Below are positions 49,968 to 63,912 of a stretch of 64,000 nt of DNA, in pieces. How positions within the stretch are numbered: position 1 is the stretch's first letter; each line of letters begins with the position of its first letter. Source of the DNA: Halanaerobiales bacterium (GTDB lineage: Bacteria > Bacillota > Halanaerobiia > Halanaerobiales > M55B127); the NCBI GenBank assembly GCA_034521955.1, contig JAXHLT010000006.1, positions 65,528-129,527 of the forward strand, in the 5' to 3' direction. The notes beneath the pieces are model-generated. The model did not search any database and was not told the origin of the DNA. It worked only from the letters and a program-made list of their open reading frames with translations. The translations under genes and the position numbers were made by a program.

Positions 49968-50417
49968 ATGAGAATCTTATTTGTCTGTACTGGAAACACA
50001 TGTAGGAGTCCGATGGCTGAGTATTTTGCAAAAAAGTATCTTAAGGATAATAATCTTAAGGATTGTGAAGTTAGTTCTGCAGGAATTAATGCTGCAACAG
50101 GGCAGAGTGCGTCTGAAGAGGCAGTTAAAGTCATGCAAGAAAAAGAAATTGATATCACTGATCATCGAAGTAAGATGCTTATGAAAGAAGATCTTAAAGA
50201 AAATGATAAGGTATTTACGATGACAAACAGTCAAAAAGAAGTAATAGAGGATATGTATGATTTTGATGAAGTATATACTTTAAAACACTTTGTTAAAAGT
50301 TGTGAAGACTGTGATATATTAGATCCATTTGGGTTTGATGCTAGAAAGTATCGTGAGACTAGAGATGAAATTGAATTTGCTGTTAATAAACTATTTGATA
50401 GATTTCTTGAGTGTTAA
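49968..50417 (+). CDS. ywlE: Low-molecular-weight protein tyrosine/arginine phosphatase (YwlE-like)
   Basis: C-x5-R-S signature in ILFVCTGNTCRSPMAE. 149 aa. Confidence 0.8.
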   Translation: MRILFVCTGNTCRSPMAEYFAKKYLKDNNLKDCEVSSAGINAATGQSASEEAVKVMQEKEIDITDHRSKMLMKEDLKENDKVFTMTNSQKEVIEDMYDFDEVYTLKHFVKSCEDCDILDPFGFDARKYRETRDEIEFAVNKLFDRFLEC

Positions 50418-50560
50418 AAAGGCAGGAAAAAGGTCGCCTATCTAGAATATTAAAAAGTAAGGTAAAATGAATTTATATTGCAAATTAGTATTTGATAATT
50501 GTTATTTATAACTATTTTTTAAAAAATTAGTTGAATAAACGAAAGGGGAATTTTATTTAA

Positions 50561-51190
50561 ATGAGTGAAACTATTCTTATAGAACATCCTTTGATCCAAC
50601 ACAAACTGACTTTGATGAGAGATAAAAATACTGGACCGAAAGAGTTTAGAGAATTAGTTGATGAAGTTTCCATGTTAATGGTTTATGAAGTGACAAGGGA
50701 TCTCCCATTAGAAGATGTTGAAATAGAGACACCGATCTGTAAAACCAAATCTAAAATGATTGAGGGTAAGAAATTAGGTATTGTTCCTATCTTAAGAGCA
50801 GGTTTAGGTATGTTAAACGGAGTTTTAGAGTTGGTTCCTACTGCAAAGGTCGGACATGTTGGACTATATAGAGATCCTGATACTTTAGAACCTGTTGAAT
50901 ATTACTGTAAATTACCAACAGATGTAACTGAAAGAGATCTATTAGTTGTAGATCCCATGTTAGCAACCGGAGGCTCAGCATCAGCAGCGATTAGATTTGT
51001 AAAAGAAAGAAATCCAAGAAACATTAAATTAGTTATTTTAGTAGCAGCACCTGAAGGAATCGAAAGAGTACAAAAAGAGCACCCCGATGTTGACATTTAT
51101 ACAGCTGCTATAGATGAAAAGTTAAATGATCATGGATATATAGTTCCTGGTTTAGGAGATGCAGGGGATAGGCTTTACGGAACAAAATGA
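50561..51190 (+). CDS. upp: Uracil phosphoribosyltransferase
   Basis: [14 protein letters not shown]-terminus, PRPP motif [14 protein letters not shown]-terminal [13 protein letters not shown]. Confidence 0.95.
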   Translation: MSETILIEHPLIQHKLTLMRDKNTGPKEFRELVDEVSMLMVYEVTRDLPLEDVEIETPICKTKSKMIEGKKLGIVPILRAGLGMLNGVLELVPTAKVGHVGLYRDPDTLEPVEYYCKLPTDVTERDLLVVDPMLATGGSASAAIRFVKERNPRNIKLVILVAAPEGIERVQKEHPDVDIYTAAIDEKLNDHGYIVPGLGDAGDRLYGTK

Positions 51191-51213
51191 TAGACAGATA
51201 AGAAGGGATTAAA

Positions 51214-52263
51214 GTGATAACAAAGTACATTTTAATATTTATAATCAGTTTAATAATAAGCTATATCCTTACTCCTCTAATGAAAAAACTAGCTTACCTT
51301 GTTGAAGGGTTTGATAATCCTTCTAAACGCCGTATTAATAAAAAACCAATTCCTAATACAGGGGGTATAGCAATATTTGCAGCATTTATTATAAGTTACT
51401 TTATATTTAACGACCACTCATTATCTACTTATGGAATAATATTTGGATCTACCATTATATTTCTATTGGGATTGATTGATGATATATATGATATGTCTCC
51501 ATTAGTAAAACTTTTAGGACAAATTGGAGCTGCTTCGATTTTAATATACTATGGAGTACAGATAAACTTTATCACCAATCCTTTTGGTGGTATGATCTAT
51601 TTAGGTATATTTAGTATTCCGGTTACAATACTATGGGTTGTTGGTATTACCAATACAATCAATCTTATAGATGGCTTAGATGGCCTCGCTGCCGGTATAT
51701 CTATAATTGCTACAGTAACATTATTTGCCGTAGCTTTACAGGAAGCACGACTTATCCCAGTTGTTTTAGCAGTAGCTTTAATGGGTAGTTTGACCGGATT
51801 TTTAAGATACAACTTTTTCCCGGCTGAAATATTTATGGGAGATTCAGGCTCACAGTTTACCGGTTTTATTTTAGCTGCAATATCTGTAACTGGTGCTTTA
51901 AAAAGTGCTGCCGCTGTGACTATAGTTGTACCGGTTTTAGCTTTAGGTGTCCCTATTTTTGATACCCTATTTGCAATTATTAGAAGGGTTTATCATAACA
52001 AACCGATCGGTAAAGCAGATAAGGGGCATATCCATCATAGATTAATTGCTTTAGGCTGGAGTCACAGACAAGCAGTAATCTTAGTTTATGGGAGCAGTAT
52101 TTTGTTAGGTGGTACGGCTTTAATCATAAACGGGCTTAATCTCAAACACGGTATGATATTATTTGCTATCTCGATATCAAGTTTAATTTATGGTGCTTGG
52201 AGACTCGGAATATTTTCTAGAGAACTCTCTCCAGACAGTAAAGTGTTAGAAGAAAGCAATTAA
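51214..52263 (+). CDS. Polyprenyl-phosphate N-acetylhexosamine-1-phosphate transferase (MraY/WecA/TagO family, GT4)
   Basis: ~10 TM helices with TNTINLIDGLDGLAAG, MGDSGSQF and HIHHRL motifs. GTG start. Confidence 0.75.
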   Translation: MITKYILIFIISLIISYILTPLMKKLAYLVEGFDNPSKRRINKKPIPNTGGIAIFAAFIISYFIFNDHSLSTYGIIFGSTIIFLLGLIDDIYDMSPLVKLLGQIGAASILIYYGVQINFITNPFGGMIYLGIFSIPVTILWVVGITNTINLIDGLDGLAAGISIIATVTLFAVALQEARLIPVVLAVALMGSLTGFLRYNFFPAEIFMGDSGSQFTGFILAAISVTGALKSAAAVTIVVPVLALGVPIFDTLFAIIRRVYHNKPIGKADKGHIHHRLIALGWSHRQAVILVYGSSILLGGTALIINGLNLKHGMILFAISISSLIYGAWRLGIFSRELSPDSKVLEESN

Positions 52264-52331
52264 CACTTTACATCTCTAAAACATTGTGATATATTTAACA
52301 AGTGGCATAGTACTGTATAATTAATGCAGAA

Positions 52332-52361
52332 ATTGGTAATCACTTTGGTCATATGTTATAA
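52332..52361 (+). promoter_or_regulatory. Promoter candidate for the atp operon
   Basis: TTGGTA (52332..52337), 18-nt spacer, extended -10 TGTTATAAT (52353..52361). Confidence 0.45.
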
Positions 52362-52411
52362 TATTTAGTCATAGAGTTACATAATATATTTTTTGCCAGG
52401 GGTTATTTGAA

Positions 52412-52636
52412 ATGAAAAAAGATGACTGGCGTAAAATAGTAAGTACAATGGCTCTTTTAACACAACTAGGGATAGTTGTGATTGTTAATATAGGATTAGC
52501 CTTTTATTTAGGTTTAAAAATCGACCAGTGGCTAGAATATGATTATATTTTTAAGATTATTGGACTTATATTAGGAACTGGTTCTGGTTTTTATTCTGTT
52601 TATCAACTAATTAAAAGTTATATAGATGATGATTAA
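52412..52636 (+). CDS. atpZ: AtpZ/AtpI-family small membrane protein of F-ATPase operons
   Basis: 74 aa, two TM helices, first gene of the atp cluster. Its size and hydrophobic pattern match the AtpZ family. Confidence 0.55.
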   Translation: MKKDDWRKIVSTMALLTQLGIVVIVNIGLAFYLGLKIDQWLEYDYIFKIIGLILGTGSGFYSVYQLIKSYIDDD

Positions 52637-52673
52637 TAAAGTTATTATTTTTTAAAAGAAAGGAGACTTAGCT

Positions 52674-53333
52674 ATGAATCCCGGCCCACAAGTCATAACA
52701 CATCTTTTTGGAAAATCATATCTTCCTGTAACTGATACACTTATTGTTGGATGGATATCTGTAGTTTTAATATTAATACTATCTAGATATCTAACCAAGG
52801 ATTTAAAGGTCAGACCGGAAGGTAAGCAAAATATTGCTGAACTGTTAATAACAGCAATTCATGATCAAATAGAACCGATGCTTCCGGGAGAAGGCTGGAA
52901 GTTCTTACCTTTAATTGCTACCCTATTTATTTATGTTGGGTTCAGCAATTTAATTGGTTTAATACCTGGTTCTACATCTCCTACGGGAGATTTAAACACA
53001 ACATTAGGTTTAGCTTTAGTCGTGTTTTTAATCAGCCATTATGCAGGTATGAAAGAAAAAGGTGTCTGGGGATATATTAAAAGTTTTGGAGAACCAGTTA
53101 TCTTTTTACTACCATTAAATATTGTAAGTGAGTTTGCTAAACCGATATCTCACTCCTTCCGTCTTTTTGGTAATATCGTAGGTGGAGGTATTATTATTAC
53201 TTTGATCTACCAGGCAGCTCCGGGTTTAATACCGGTACCTTTACATGCTTGGTTTGATTTATTCATCGGTTTGATTCAGGCTTTAATCTTTGGAATGGTA
53301 GCTATATCTTATATTTCAGTAGCAAAATCATAA
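52674..53333 (+). CDS. atpB: F0F1 ATP synthase subunit a
   Basis: Conserved stator arginine motif SHSFRLFGNIVGG. 219 aa, polytopic. Confidence 0.9.
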   Translation: MNPGPQVITHLFGKSYLPVTDTLIVGWISVVLILILSRYLTKDLKVRPEGKQNIAELLITAIHDQIEPMLPGEGWKFLPLIATLFIYVGFSNLIGLIPGSTSPTGDLNTTLGLALVVFLISHYAGMKEKGVWGYIKSFGEPVIFLLPLNIVSEFAKPISHSFRLFGNIVGGGIIITLIYQAAPGLIPVPLHAWFDLFIGLIQALIFGMVAISYISVAKS

Positions 53334-53350
53334 ATTTATTGTTTATCTAG

Positions 53351-53623
<273 letters not shown>

Positions 53624-53641
53624 AGTTTTGAGGTTTATTTT

Positions 53642-54345
<704 letters not shown>

Positions 54346-54355
54346 GGAGAAATAT

Positions 54356-54381
54356 GAGAGGGATTTTTTCCCTCTCTTTTT
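54356..54381 (+). terminator. Terminator-like hairpin between atpE and atpF (possible partial terminator/attenuator)
   Basis: GAGAGGG / CCCTCTC stem with loop ATTTTTT, followed by TTTTT. Confidence 0.5.
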
Positions 54382-54449
54382 AGCATTCATTATTTATATT
54401 ATAATATTTTTCCCATTTGATATTTTCATTTTACGGGAGGTGAAGGACT

Positions 54450-54950
54450 TTGGTTGAAATTAATACAACCCTATTGTGGCAAGTATTTAACTTTTTAGTG
54501 CTTTTATGGCTACTAAAAAGATATTTATATGGTCCAATCAAAGAAATTTTAGATAAAAGAGAAAAGACAATTAAAAATGAAATAGAAGAAGCAGAACAAA
54601 AAAACGAAGAAGCTATGGAACTAAAAGAAGAGTATAAATCTGAGCTAAAAAGAGCCAGAGATAAATCTCATGATATTGTAGATAAAGCAGAAAAAAGAGC
54701 TCGTGAAAGAGCTAAAGAGATTATTAGTAATGCCAAACAAAAGGCTGAAAAGATAGAAAAAGATAAGTTAGCAGAAATTCAGCAGGCCAAAGTAGAGGCA
54801 AGAAAAGATATCAGGAATGATTTTGCTGATGTAACATTTATGGCTGCTGCTCAGATGATAAAAGAAGAATTAGACCAAAAGAAACATGAGCAGTTAATAA
54901 CTGAATATATCGAACAACTTGATCAAGAGAAATTGGGTGATGTTCAGTGA
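54450..54950 (+). CDS. atpF: F0F1 ATP synthase subunit b
   Basis: N-terminal TM helix, then a long charged helix rich in E/K/A. TTG start after GGGAGGTGA. Confidence 0.85.
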   Translation: MVEINTTLLWQVFNFLVLLWLLKRYLYGPIKEILDKREKTIKNEIEEAEQKNEEAMELKEEYKSELKRARDKSHDIVDKAEKRARERAKEIISNAKQKAEKIEKDKLAEIQQAKVEARKDIRNDFADVTFMAAAQMIKEELDQKKHEQLITEYIEQLDQEKLGDVQ

Positions 54951-55507
54951 AAAAAAATGAAATTGCCCGACAGTACAGCAAAGCTCTTTATGAAATAGGG
55001 CTTGAAAATGATAATATTATAGAGTTATTTGAAGAGTTCAAAGAACTTTGGGAATTAATTAATAAAAATGAAAATTTAAAAGAAGCTCTTTTTCATCAAA
55101 GAGTTTTAGTAGATGAAAAAGAGAGAGTGTTTAAAAGAATTTTTTCTGATCAACTGACAGAAGATATGTATAAATTCATGATGATTTTAATAAAAAAACG
55201 CAGGATATACTTTTTGGAAAATATATTAGAAGAGTTTAGAAAGTTAGTATATAAGCATGAAAATATAATAATAGTTAAAGTTACAACTGCAGTTGAAATG
55301 AGTGAAGCAATGAGGGATAAGTTAAAAGATAAATTAAATCAATTTGTAGATAAAAAAATTGAGATGAAAGAAGAATGTGACCCCGATATTATCGGTGGTA
55401 TGATTATAAAAATTGGAGACTATCTAATAGATGGTAGTATAAAAAGCAAATTAGAATCCCTTAAAGATCAAATTAAGAAAATTCCATTACAGGAGATAGG
55501 GGTGTAA
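54947..55507 (+). CDS. atpH: F0F1 ATP synthase subunit delta
   Basis: IARQYSKALYEIG N-terminus (OSCP family) and C-terminal IIGGMIIKIGDYLIDGSIKSKL. GTGA overlap with atpF. Confidence 0.8.
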   Translation: MKKNEIARQYSKALYEIGLENDNIIELFEEFKELWELINKNENLKEALFHQRVLVDEKERVFKRIFSDQLTEDMYKFMMILIKKRRIYFLENILEEFRKLVYKHENIIIVKVTTAVEMSEAMRDKLKDKLNQFVDKKIEMKEECDPDIIGGMIIKIGDYLIDGSIKSKLESLKDQIKKIPLQEIGV

Positions 55508-55516
55508 TAATAAGAT

Positions 55517-57106
55517 ATGGAACTTAGACCAGAAGAAATTAGTTCGATAATAAAAAAAGAAATTAAAGATTATGATAAAAAAATAGAGTCTGTTGGTGTT
55601 GGAACTGTATTAGATGTTGGAGATGGTATTGCCCATGTTTATGGTTTAGAAGATGCTAAATCCAATGAACTTTTAGAGTTTCCCAATGGAGTTTATGGAA
55701 TGGCTTTAAACCTTGAGGAAGACAACATTGGTGTTGTTTTACTCGGTGATGAAACTAAAATCAGTGAAGGTGATACAGTTAAAAGAACAGGTAATGTAGT
55801 TGAGGTACCTGTTGGTGAAGAACTATTAGGACGTATCGTAAACCCACTGGGACAGCCGATGGACGGCAAGGGTGAATTAAATACTGATAAAACTAGACCG
55901 GTAGAGAAAAAAGCGCCCGGTGTAATAGAAAGACAGCCTGTTGAAGAACCACTTCAGACCGGTTTAAAAGCTATTGACTCTATGGTACCAATCGGTAGAG
56001 GACAACGTGAGTTAATCATTGGTGATCGTCAGACCGGTAAAACCGCTATTGCAATTGATACAATTTTAAATCAAAAAGATGAAGATGTAATCTGTATATA
56101 TGTTGCAATTGGTCAAAAAGAATCAACAGTGGCTCAAATCACTGAGGAATTAAGACAAAGAGGTGCAATGGAATATACTATAGTTGTATCAGCATCTGCA
56201 TCCAAACCTGCTCCTATTAGATATCTTGCACCATATTCCGGATGTGCAATGGGAGAGTATTTCATGTATGAACAGGATAAAGATGTATTAATAGTTTATG
56301 ATGACTTATCCAAACATGCTGTTGCATATCGTGCGATGTCACTTCTTTTAAGAAGACCACCTGGACGTGAAGCTTATCCTGGTGATGTGTTTTATCTTCA
56401 TTCACGCCTGCTTGAAAGAGCAGCTAAACTGAGTGATGAAGAGGGTGGAGGTTCATTAACTGCTCTTCCTATAATTGAAACACAGGCCGGTGATGTTTCA
56501 GCATATATTCCAACAAATGTAATATCTATTACAGATGGTCAGATTTATCTAGAAAGTGAGCTATTTTTCTCAGGTGTAAGGCCAGCTGTTAATGTAGGTA
56601 TATCTGTTTCAAGAGTTGGTGGTAATGCTCAAATTAAAGCAATGAAATCAATTGCTGGTACATTAAGACTTGACTTATCACAGTTTAGAGAACTAGAGGC
56701 TTTTGCCCAGTTTGGTTCCGATTTAGATGAAACAACCCAGAACAAACTGGCTCGTGGTGAGAGAATAGTTGAGGCCTTAAAACAGCCCGAATATTCACCA
56801 ATGCCGATTGAAAAACAAATCATAGTAATTTATGCTGTTGTAAACGGGTATTTAGATAATATTCCTGTTGATAATGTAGTACGTTATGAAGATGAGTTAT
56901 TAGAATTTGTTGATAATAACCATGAAAACCTAAAACAAAAGATTAAAGATGAAGGAGAACTAACTGAAGAGATAGAAAACATGTTAGTATCTGTTATTGA
57001 AGAGTTCAACGAACTATTTGAAGTAAAGAGTGAAAGCTTTGTAGATACTGATGAAGAGGAAGATACTGAAATAGAAGATAAGTCAGATGAGGTTGAAGAA
57101 AGCTAA
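55517..57106 (+). CDS. atpA: F0F1 ATP synthase subunit alpha (with ~25 aa acidic C-terminal tail)
   Basis: Walker [16 protein letters not shown] and other canonical alpha motifs. 529 aa. Confidence 0.95.
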   Translation: MELRPEEISSIIKKEIKDYDKKIESVGVGTVLDVGDGIAHVYGLEDAKSNELLEFPNGVYGMALNLEEDNIGVVLLGDETKISEGDTVKRTGNVVEVPVGEELLGRIVNPLGQPMDGKGELNTDKTRPVEKKAPGVIERQPVEEPLQTGLKAIDSMVPIGRGQRELIIGDRQTGKTAIAIDTILNQKDEDVICIYVAIGQKESTVAQITEELRQRGAMEYTIVVSASASKPAPIRYLAPYSGCAMGEYFMYEQDKDVLIVYDDLSKHAVAYRAMSLLLRRPPGREAYPGDVFYLHSRLLERAAKLSDEEGGGSLTALPIIETQAGDVSAYIPTNVISITDGQIYLESELFFSGVRPAVNVGISVSRVGGNAQIKAMKSIAGTLRLDLSQFRELEAFAQFGSDLDETTQNKLARGERIVEALKQPEYSPMPIEKQIIVIYAVVNGYLDNIPVDNVVRYEDELLEFVDNNHENLKQKIKDEGELTEEIENMLVSVIEEFNELFEVKSESFVDTDEEEDTEIEDKSDEVEES

Positions 57107-57148
57107 ATAACATACTAACAACCTTTTTTAGAATTGAGGTGTAAGTTT

Positions 57149-59510
<2,362 letters not shown>

Positions 59511-59512
59511 TT

Positions 59513-59938
59513 ATGGCACCTAAAAAACAAATATTGTTAGAAATTATCACACCTAAAGAAACAGTTTTTAAAGAAAAGGTTGATGTTTTAGAAGCACCGG
59601 CTGTTGATGGTCTGATTGGAATACTACCCAGACATGCTCCTTTAATAACTGCCTTAAAAACTGGAGTTATTAGAGTAAAACAGGAAACAAAGGAAAGATA
59701 TATTTCTGTCAGTGAGGGGATTATGGATGTAAAGCCTGACCAGGTTAATATTGTTGCCCGTACTGCAGAACTACCTGAAGAAATAGATGTTGACAGAGCT
59801 AAAAAAGCTAAAGAAAGAGCAAAGGAAAGACTGGAAAAGTCAAGTGCTAAAATTGATCAGGCCAGAGCAGAAGGAGCTCTTGAGAGAGCTATGGCAAGAA
59901 TAAAAGCAGCTGAAAATCATCGTAGTGATTATTATTAA
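59513..59938 (+). CDS. atpC: F0F1 ATP synthase subunit epsilon
   Basis: N-terminal beta-sandwich pattern (LEIITPKE...APAVDGLIGILPRHAPLIT) and C-terminal helical hairpin. 141 aa. Confidence 0.9.
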   Translation: MAPKKQILLEIITPKETVFKEKVDVLEAPAVDGLIGILPRHAPLITALKTGVIRVKQETKERYISVSEGIMDVKPDQVNIVARTAELPEEIDVDRAKKAKERAKERLEKSSAKIDQARAEGALERAMARIKAAENHRSDYY

Positions 59939-59957
59939 TATAAGTATAAAAGATTAT

Positions 59958-59981
59958 GCCCCTTTTTATTGGGGCTTTTTT
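59958..59981 (+). terminator. Intrinsic terminator ending the atp operon
   Basis: GCCCC / GGGGC stem followed by TTTTTT. Confidence 0.7.
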
Positions 59982-60183
59982 CTTTATATACATATATATT
60001 TAAACCCTGTTAATATTTGTTATTGCTTTAATCAAAGCAGATTAAAAACAATTTGGAAATGTTGATAAAAGTAGAAATATATGATATCCTTACTAGGTAT
60101 GTAATGTTGACAAATGAAGGTTTTTTAAAAGTAATATAGAATTAAATACAATAGAGATTTATGTTATGAAAGGAGCATATAAA

Positions 60184-61431
60184 TTGGCCAAATTTATTAT
60201 TAACGGAGGATATTCTCTGAATGGAGAAGTAAAAATTAATGGTGCCAAAAATGCTGCTTTACCTATACTGGCTGCCGCTTTATTGGCAGATTCTCCCAGT
60301 ATTTTAAAAGACATTCCAAATTTGAGAGATGTTTCAAATTTATGTGAGATTATAAAGAAGATGGGGGCCAAAGTTGAAAGAAATGGCCATACCGTTGAAA
60401 TAGATCCCAGTGGTTTAAATACATATGAAACTGATAAAGAACTTGCTAAAAAATTAAGAGCTTCATATTATATTTTAGGAGTTATGTTAGGGAAGTATGG
60501 AAAAGCAAGAACTTCATTACCAGGTGGATGTAATATTGGTAATAGACCAATTGATTTACATCTAAAAGGTTTTAAAGCCCTGGGAGCTGATGTTTCTTTA
60601 AATCATGGAATTGTTGAGGTAACAGCAGATAAATTAGTTGGTGATAAAATTTATCTAGATTATCCCAGTGTTGGTGCTACAATCAATATTATGTTAGCAG
60701 CTAGTTTAGCTGAAGGGAAAACTGTTATAGAAAATGCAGCCCGTGAACCCGAACTTGTTGATTTAGCTAACTTCTTAACTGTAATGGGTGCTAAAATCAA
60801 GGGTGTAGGTACTGATATAATTAAGATTGAAGGTGTTGACCGCCTTGAAGGTAAGGAACATAGAATTATACCGGATAGGATTGAAGCCGGTACCTTTATG
60901 ATAGCAGCAGCATTAACAAAAGGTGATGTTTTTGTTAAAAATGTTTTAACAGAACATATCAAATCTTTAATCGCTAAGCTTCATGAAATGGGACTTGAAA
61001 TGGTTGAGGATATTTCAGGTGTTAGAGTAATAGGTAATGGTAAGTTAAACTCAGTTGATATCAAGACCTTACCATATCCGGGTTTTCCAACTGACTTACA
61101 GTCACAAATTATGGTTTTATTAACTCAGACTGAAGGCACAAGTATTGTCAAAGAAACGGTTTGGGAAAATAGGTTTATGCATGTTAACGAACTGAAGAGA
61201 ATGGGTGGAGATATTACAATAGACGGGCATAGTGCTCTTGTTAGAGAAAGCAAATTATCTGGTGCAGAAGTTCAAGTAACTGATCTTAGAGCAGGTGCTG
61301 CTTTGGTCTTAGCTGGACTAATAGGAGATGGTCAGTCTGAAGTAAGAAAAATTTATCATGTAGAAAGAGGATATGAGGATATAGAGAAAAAACTATCCAG
61401 TCTGGGAGCAGATATTAAGAGAGTGAAATAA
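60184..61431 (+). CDS. murA: UDP-N-acetylglucosamine 1-carboxyvinyltransferase
   Basis: KINGAKNAALP, active-site Cys in LPGGCNIGNRPIDLH, C-terminal HVERGYEDIEKKL. AGGAG at 60171..60175 favours TTG 60184. The listed ATG 60166 is the alternative start. Confidence 0.9.
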   Translation: MAKFIINGGYSLNGEVKINGAKNAALPILAAALLADSPSILKDIPNLRDVSNLCEIIKKMGAKVERNGHTVEIDPSGLNTYETDKELAKKLRASYYILGVMLGKYGKARTSLPGGCNIGNRPIDLHLKGFKALGADVSLNHGIVEVTADKLVGDKIYLDYPSVGATINIMLAASLAEGKTVIENAAREPELVDLANFLTVMGAKIKGVGTDIIKIEGVDRLEGKEHRIIPDRIEAGTFMIAAALTKGDVFVKNVLTEHIKSLIAKLHEMGLEMVEDISGVRVIGNGKLNSVDIKTLPYPGFPTDLQSQIMVLLTQTEGTSIVKETVWENRFMHVNELKRMGGDITIDGHSALVRESKLSGAEVQVTDLRAGAALVLAGLIGDGQSEVRKIYHVERGYEDIEKKLSSLGADIKRVK

Positions 61432-61445
61432 TGTTTAAGCTTTTA

Positions 61446-61474
61446 AAAATCCTGGAACCCTATTCCAGGGTTTT
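61446..61474 (+). terminator. Intrinsic terminator
   Basis: CCTGGAA / TTCCAGG stem, extended by A-T pairs, then GTTTT. Confidence 0.7.
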
Positions 61475-61516
61475 ATATTTTAATTTTCTTTTTAAAATTT
61501 AATAGAAGGTGTATAG

Positions 61517-62803
61517 ATGATGACAGCAGATTTAGGAAAAGACGTATCAAATGTTCACGAATGGTTGATTTTGAATAATGCTGCAGACAAGGAAATCTTT
61601 GTATTAGCAGTCTTAGTACTATTATCTTTAATTGTTATTTTTTCAGCAAAGAAGTATAAGATTCCAATTGTAGTCGGTTATGTTTTTTTAGGTATTTTGT
61701 TAAGTGTTGATGTAATTGATTGGTTACCCTTTTTGTCTCACACTCAAAAAGAATGGTATAAGTTCTCTTTAAAAAATATCAGTTATATAACAAATATTGC
61801 CTTGGGATTTATAGCATTTACCATCGGTAGTGAACTTTCGATTAAACTCTTAAAGAAGATGGGAAAAACGATTGTATATATAGTTTTACTTGAAGCTTCA
61901 GGTGCTTTTGCACTTGTGTTTTTAGCAGTAATAGCTTTAGGTAAGCCTATATATATAGGCTTATTATTAGGTGGAATAGCAGCAGCTACTGCTCCTGCAG
62001 CTACAGTAATGGTATTAAAAGAATATAAAGCAGAAGGACCGTTAACATCAATGATAATGGCTATTGTGGGAATCGATGATGCAATTGCTCTAATACTATT
62101 TAGTATTGTAGAACCAATAGCTTATTCAATTCACTATGGTACAAAAGAGTTAACTTTTCTTTCAAGTATTGGAGAACCTTTATTTGATATTATCTTTTCC
62201 ATTATTTTAGGTTTGGGATTAGGATATATTGGTCAAAAGATAATCTCAACTCAGGAAGATAAAACTAAAAAAATAATGACTTTTGTAACCAATATAATAG
62301 TTGCTATAGGTTTATCAATATACTTTAATCTTTCACCACTTATTACAAATATGGTAGTAGGTTTTGCTTACCGTAATTTTTCCCGCAAAAATCTAGGAAT
62401 TACTGATTACATAGAAACAATGACCATTCCTATTTATGCAGTATTTTTCATTTTAGCCGGTACAGAAATTAGGTTAAGTAGTATTGCATCACTCAGCTTT
62501 TTAGTTTTAGCTTTCACATATCTTTTCGCGAGAATGGCTGGAAAGCTTGGAGGTGCTTATCTAGGAGCTCTTTTAGGTAAAGCTCCTGAAAAAATCAAAA
62601 AGTATGTTGGTTTTGGACTGTTTCCGCAAAGTGGTGTAGCAATCGCATTAGCATATATTATTCAAAAGGACTTTGCAAGTGATCCAAGGGTTGGTCTACT
62701 AATTTTCAACACATTATTATTTACAGCTGCTTTAACAGAAGTAATCGGTCCATTTGCTACAAAATATGCAGTATTTAAAGCAGGTGAAGCAAAGATTAAT
62801 TAA
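61517..62803 (+). CDS. Cation:proton antiporter (CPA1/CPA2, Na+/H+ exchanger family)
   Basis: 428 aa, ~12 TM helices. PIVVGYVFLGILLS, AFTIGSEL and GIDDAIALILF are typical of the family. Confidence 0.7.
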   Translation: MMTADLGKDVSNVHEWLILNNAADKEIFVLAVLVLLSLIVIFSAKKYKIPIVVGYVFLGILLSVDVIDWLPFLSHTQKEWYKFSLKNISYITNIALGFIAFTIGSELSIKLLKKMGKTIVYIVLLEASGAFALVFLAVIALGKPIYIGLLLGGIAAATAPAATVMVLKEYKAEGPLTSMIMAIVGIDDAIALILFSIVEPIAYSIHYGTKELTFLSSIGEPLFDIIFSIILGLGLGYIGQKIISTQEDKTKKIMTFVTNIIVAIGLSIYFNLSPLITNMVVGFAYRNFSRKNLGITDYIETMTIPIYAVFFILAGTEIRLSSIASLSFLVLAFTYLFARMAGKLGGAYLGALLGKAPEKIKKYVGFGLFPQSGVAIALAYIIQKDFASDPRVGLLIFNTLLFTAALTEVIGPFATKYAVFKAGEAKIN

Positions 62804-62862
62804 TCTGGTTGAATATATATAAAAAATTGTATCTTAAATTAAACAAGGAGGTAAATTATTTT

Positions 62863-63882
62863 ATGGGATTATCTAAAAAAATTGGAATTGATCTAGGAAC
62901 AGCTAATGTATTAATATATGAAAAAGGTAAAGGTATTGTTGTACAGGAACCATCAGTTGTTGCAATTGATAAAAACAATGATAAAGTTTTAGCAGTAGGT
63001 ACAGAAGCAAGAAGAATGTTAGGTAGAACTCCGGGTAATATTGTAGCTATTAGACCACTAAAAGATGGTGTTATAGCTGATTTTGAAGTAACAGAACTAA
63101 TGTTAAAACATTTCATTTCAAAAGTAGTTAAAAGAAGATTTCTCTTTAAACCTACAATTATGATCTGTGTACCAGAAGGAATTACTGGTGTTGAAAAAAG
63201 AGCAGTTATAGAAGCTGCTTCACAGGTTGGTTCACGTGAGACATACTTAATTGAAGAGCCACTTGCAGCTGCGATTGGTGCCGGATTACCGGTTGAAGAT
63301 CCTAGTGGAAGTATGGTTATAGATATTGGTGGAGGAACTACAGAAATAGCTGTCATTTCTATGGGAGGAATTGTAGTTAGTGAGTCCCTTAGAATTGGTG
63401 GAGATAAGTTTGATGAAGCATTAGTACGTTATGTAAGAGATAAATATAATATGGTAATTGGTGAAAAAACAGCAGAAGAGATAAAAATGGAGATTGGTAC
63501 TGCTTGGATTGATGGTGAAAGTCGTGATTATGACTTAAGAGGTAGAGACTTAATGTCAGGTATGCCTAAAAACCTTACCCTAACTTCACATGAAACTGTA
63601 GAAGCTTTTAAAGAAAGCATTACCACTATTGTAGAGAGTGTAAGACATGTCTTAGAACAAACTCCTCCTGAACTATCATCTGATATTATGGATAGAGGAA
63701 TAATTCTGACCGGTGGAGGATCTCTTCTACATGGTATGGATACACTGTTATCAAAAGAAACGCAGATTCCTGTATCGTTAGCCGAATCACCTTTATCCTG
63801 TGTTGCCAAGGGTACAGGTATGGCTTTAGAAGAAATAGATAGATTAAAAGAAGTATTAACTTCCAGTGAGATGCTTAAGTAG
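62863..63882 (+). CDS. mreB: Rod shape-determining actin homolog MreB/Mbl
   Basis: IGIDLGTANV, DIGGGTTEIAVIS and LTGGGSLL motifs. AAGGAGG RBS before ATG 62863. Confidence 0.9.
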   Translation: MGLSKKIGIDLGTANVLIYEKGKGIVVQEPSVVAIDKNNDKVLAVGTEARRMLGRTPGNIVAIRPLKDGVIADFEVTELMLKHFISKVVKRRFLFKPTIMICVPEGITGVEKRAVIEAASQVGSRETYLIEEPLAAAIGAGLPVEDPSGSMVIDIGGGTTEIAVISMGGIVVSESLRIGGDKFDEALVRYVRDKYNMVIGEKTAEEIKMEIGTAWIDGESRDYDLRGRDLMSGMPKNLTLTSHETVEAFKESITTIVESVRHVLEQTPPELSSDIMDRGIILTGGGSLLHGMDTLLSKETQIPVSLAESPLSCVAKGTGMALEEIDRLKEVLTSSEMLK

Positions 63883-63912
63883 CAAACATTGGATTGGAAG
63901 GGATTTGATAAC

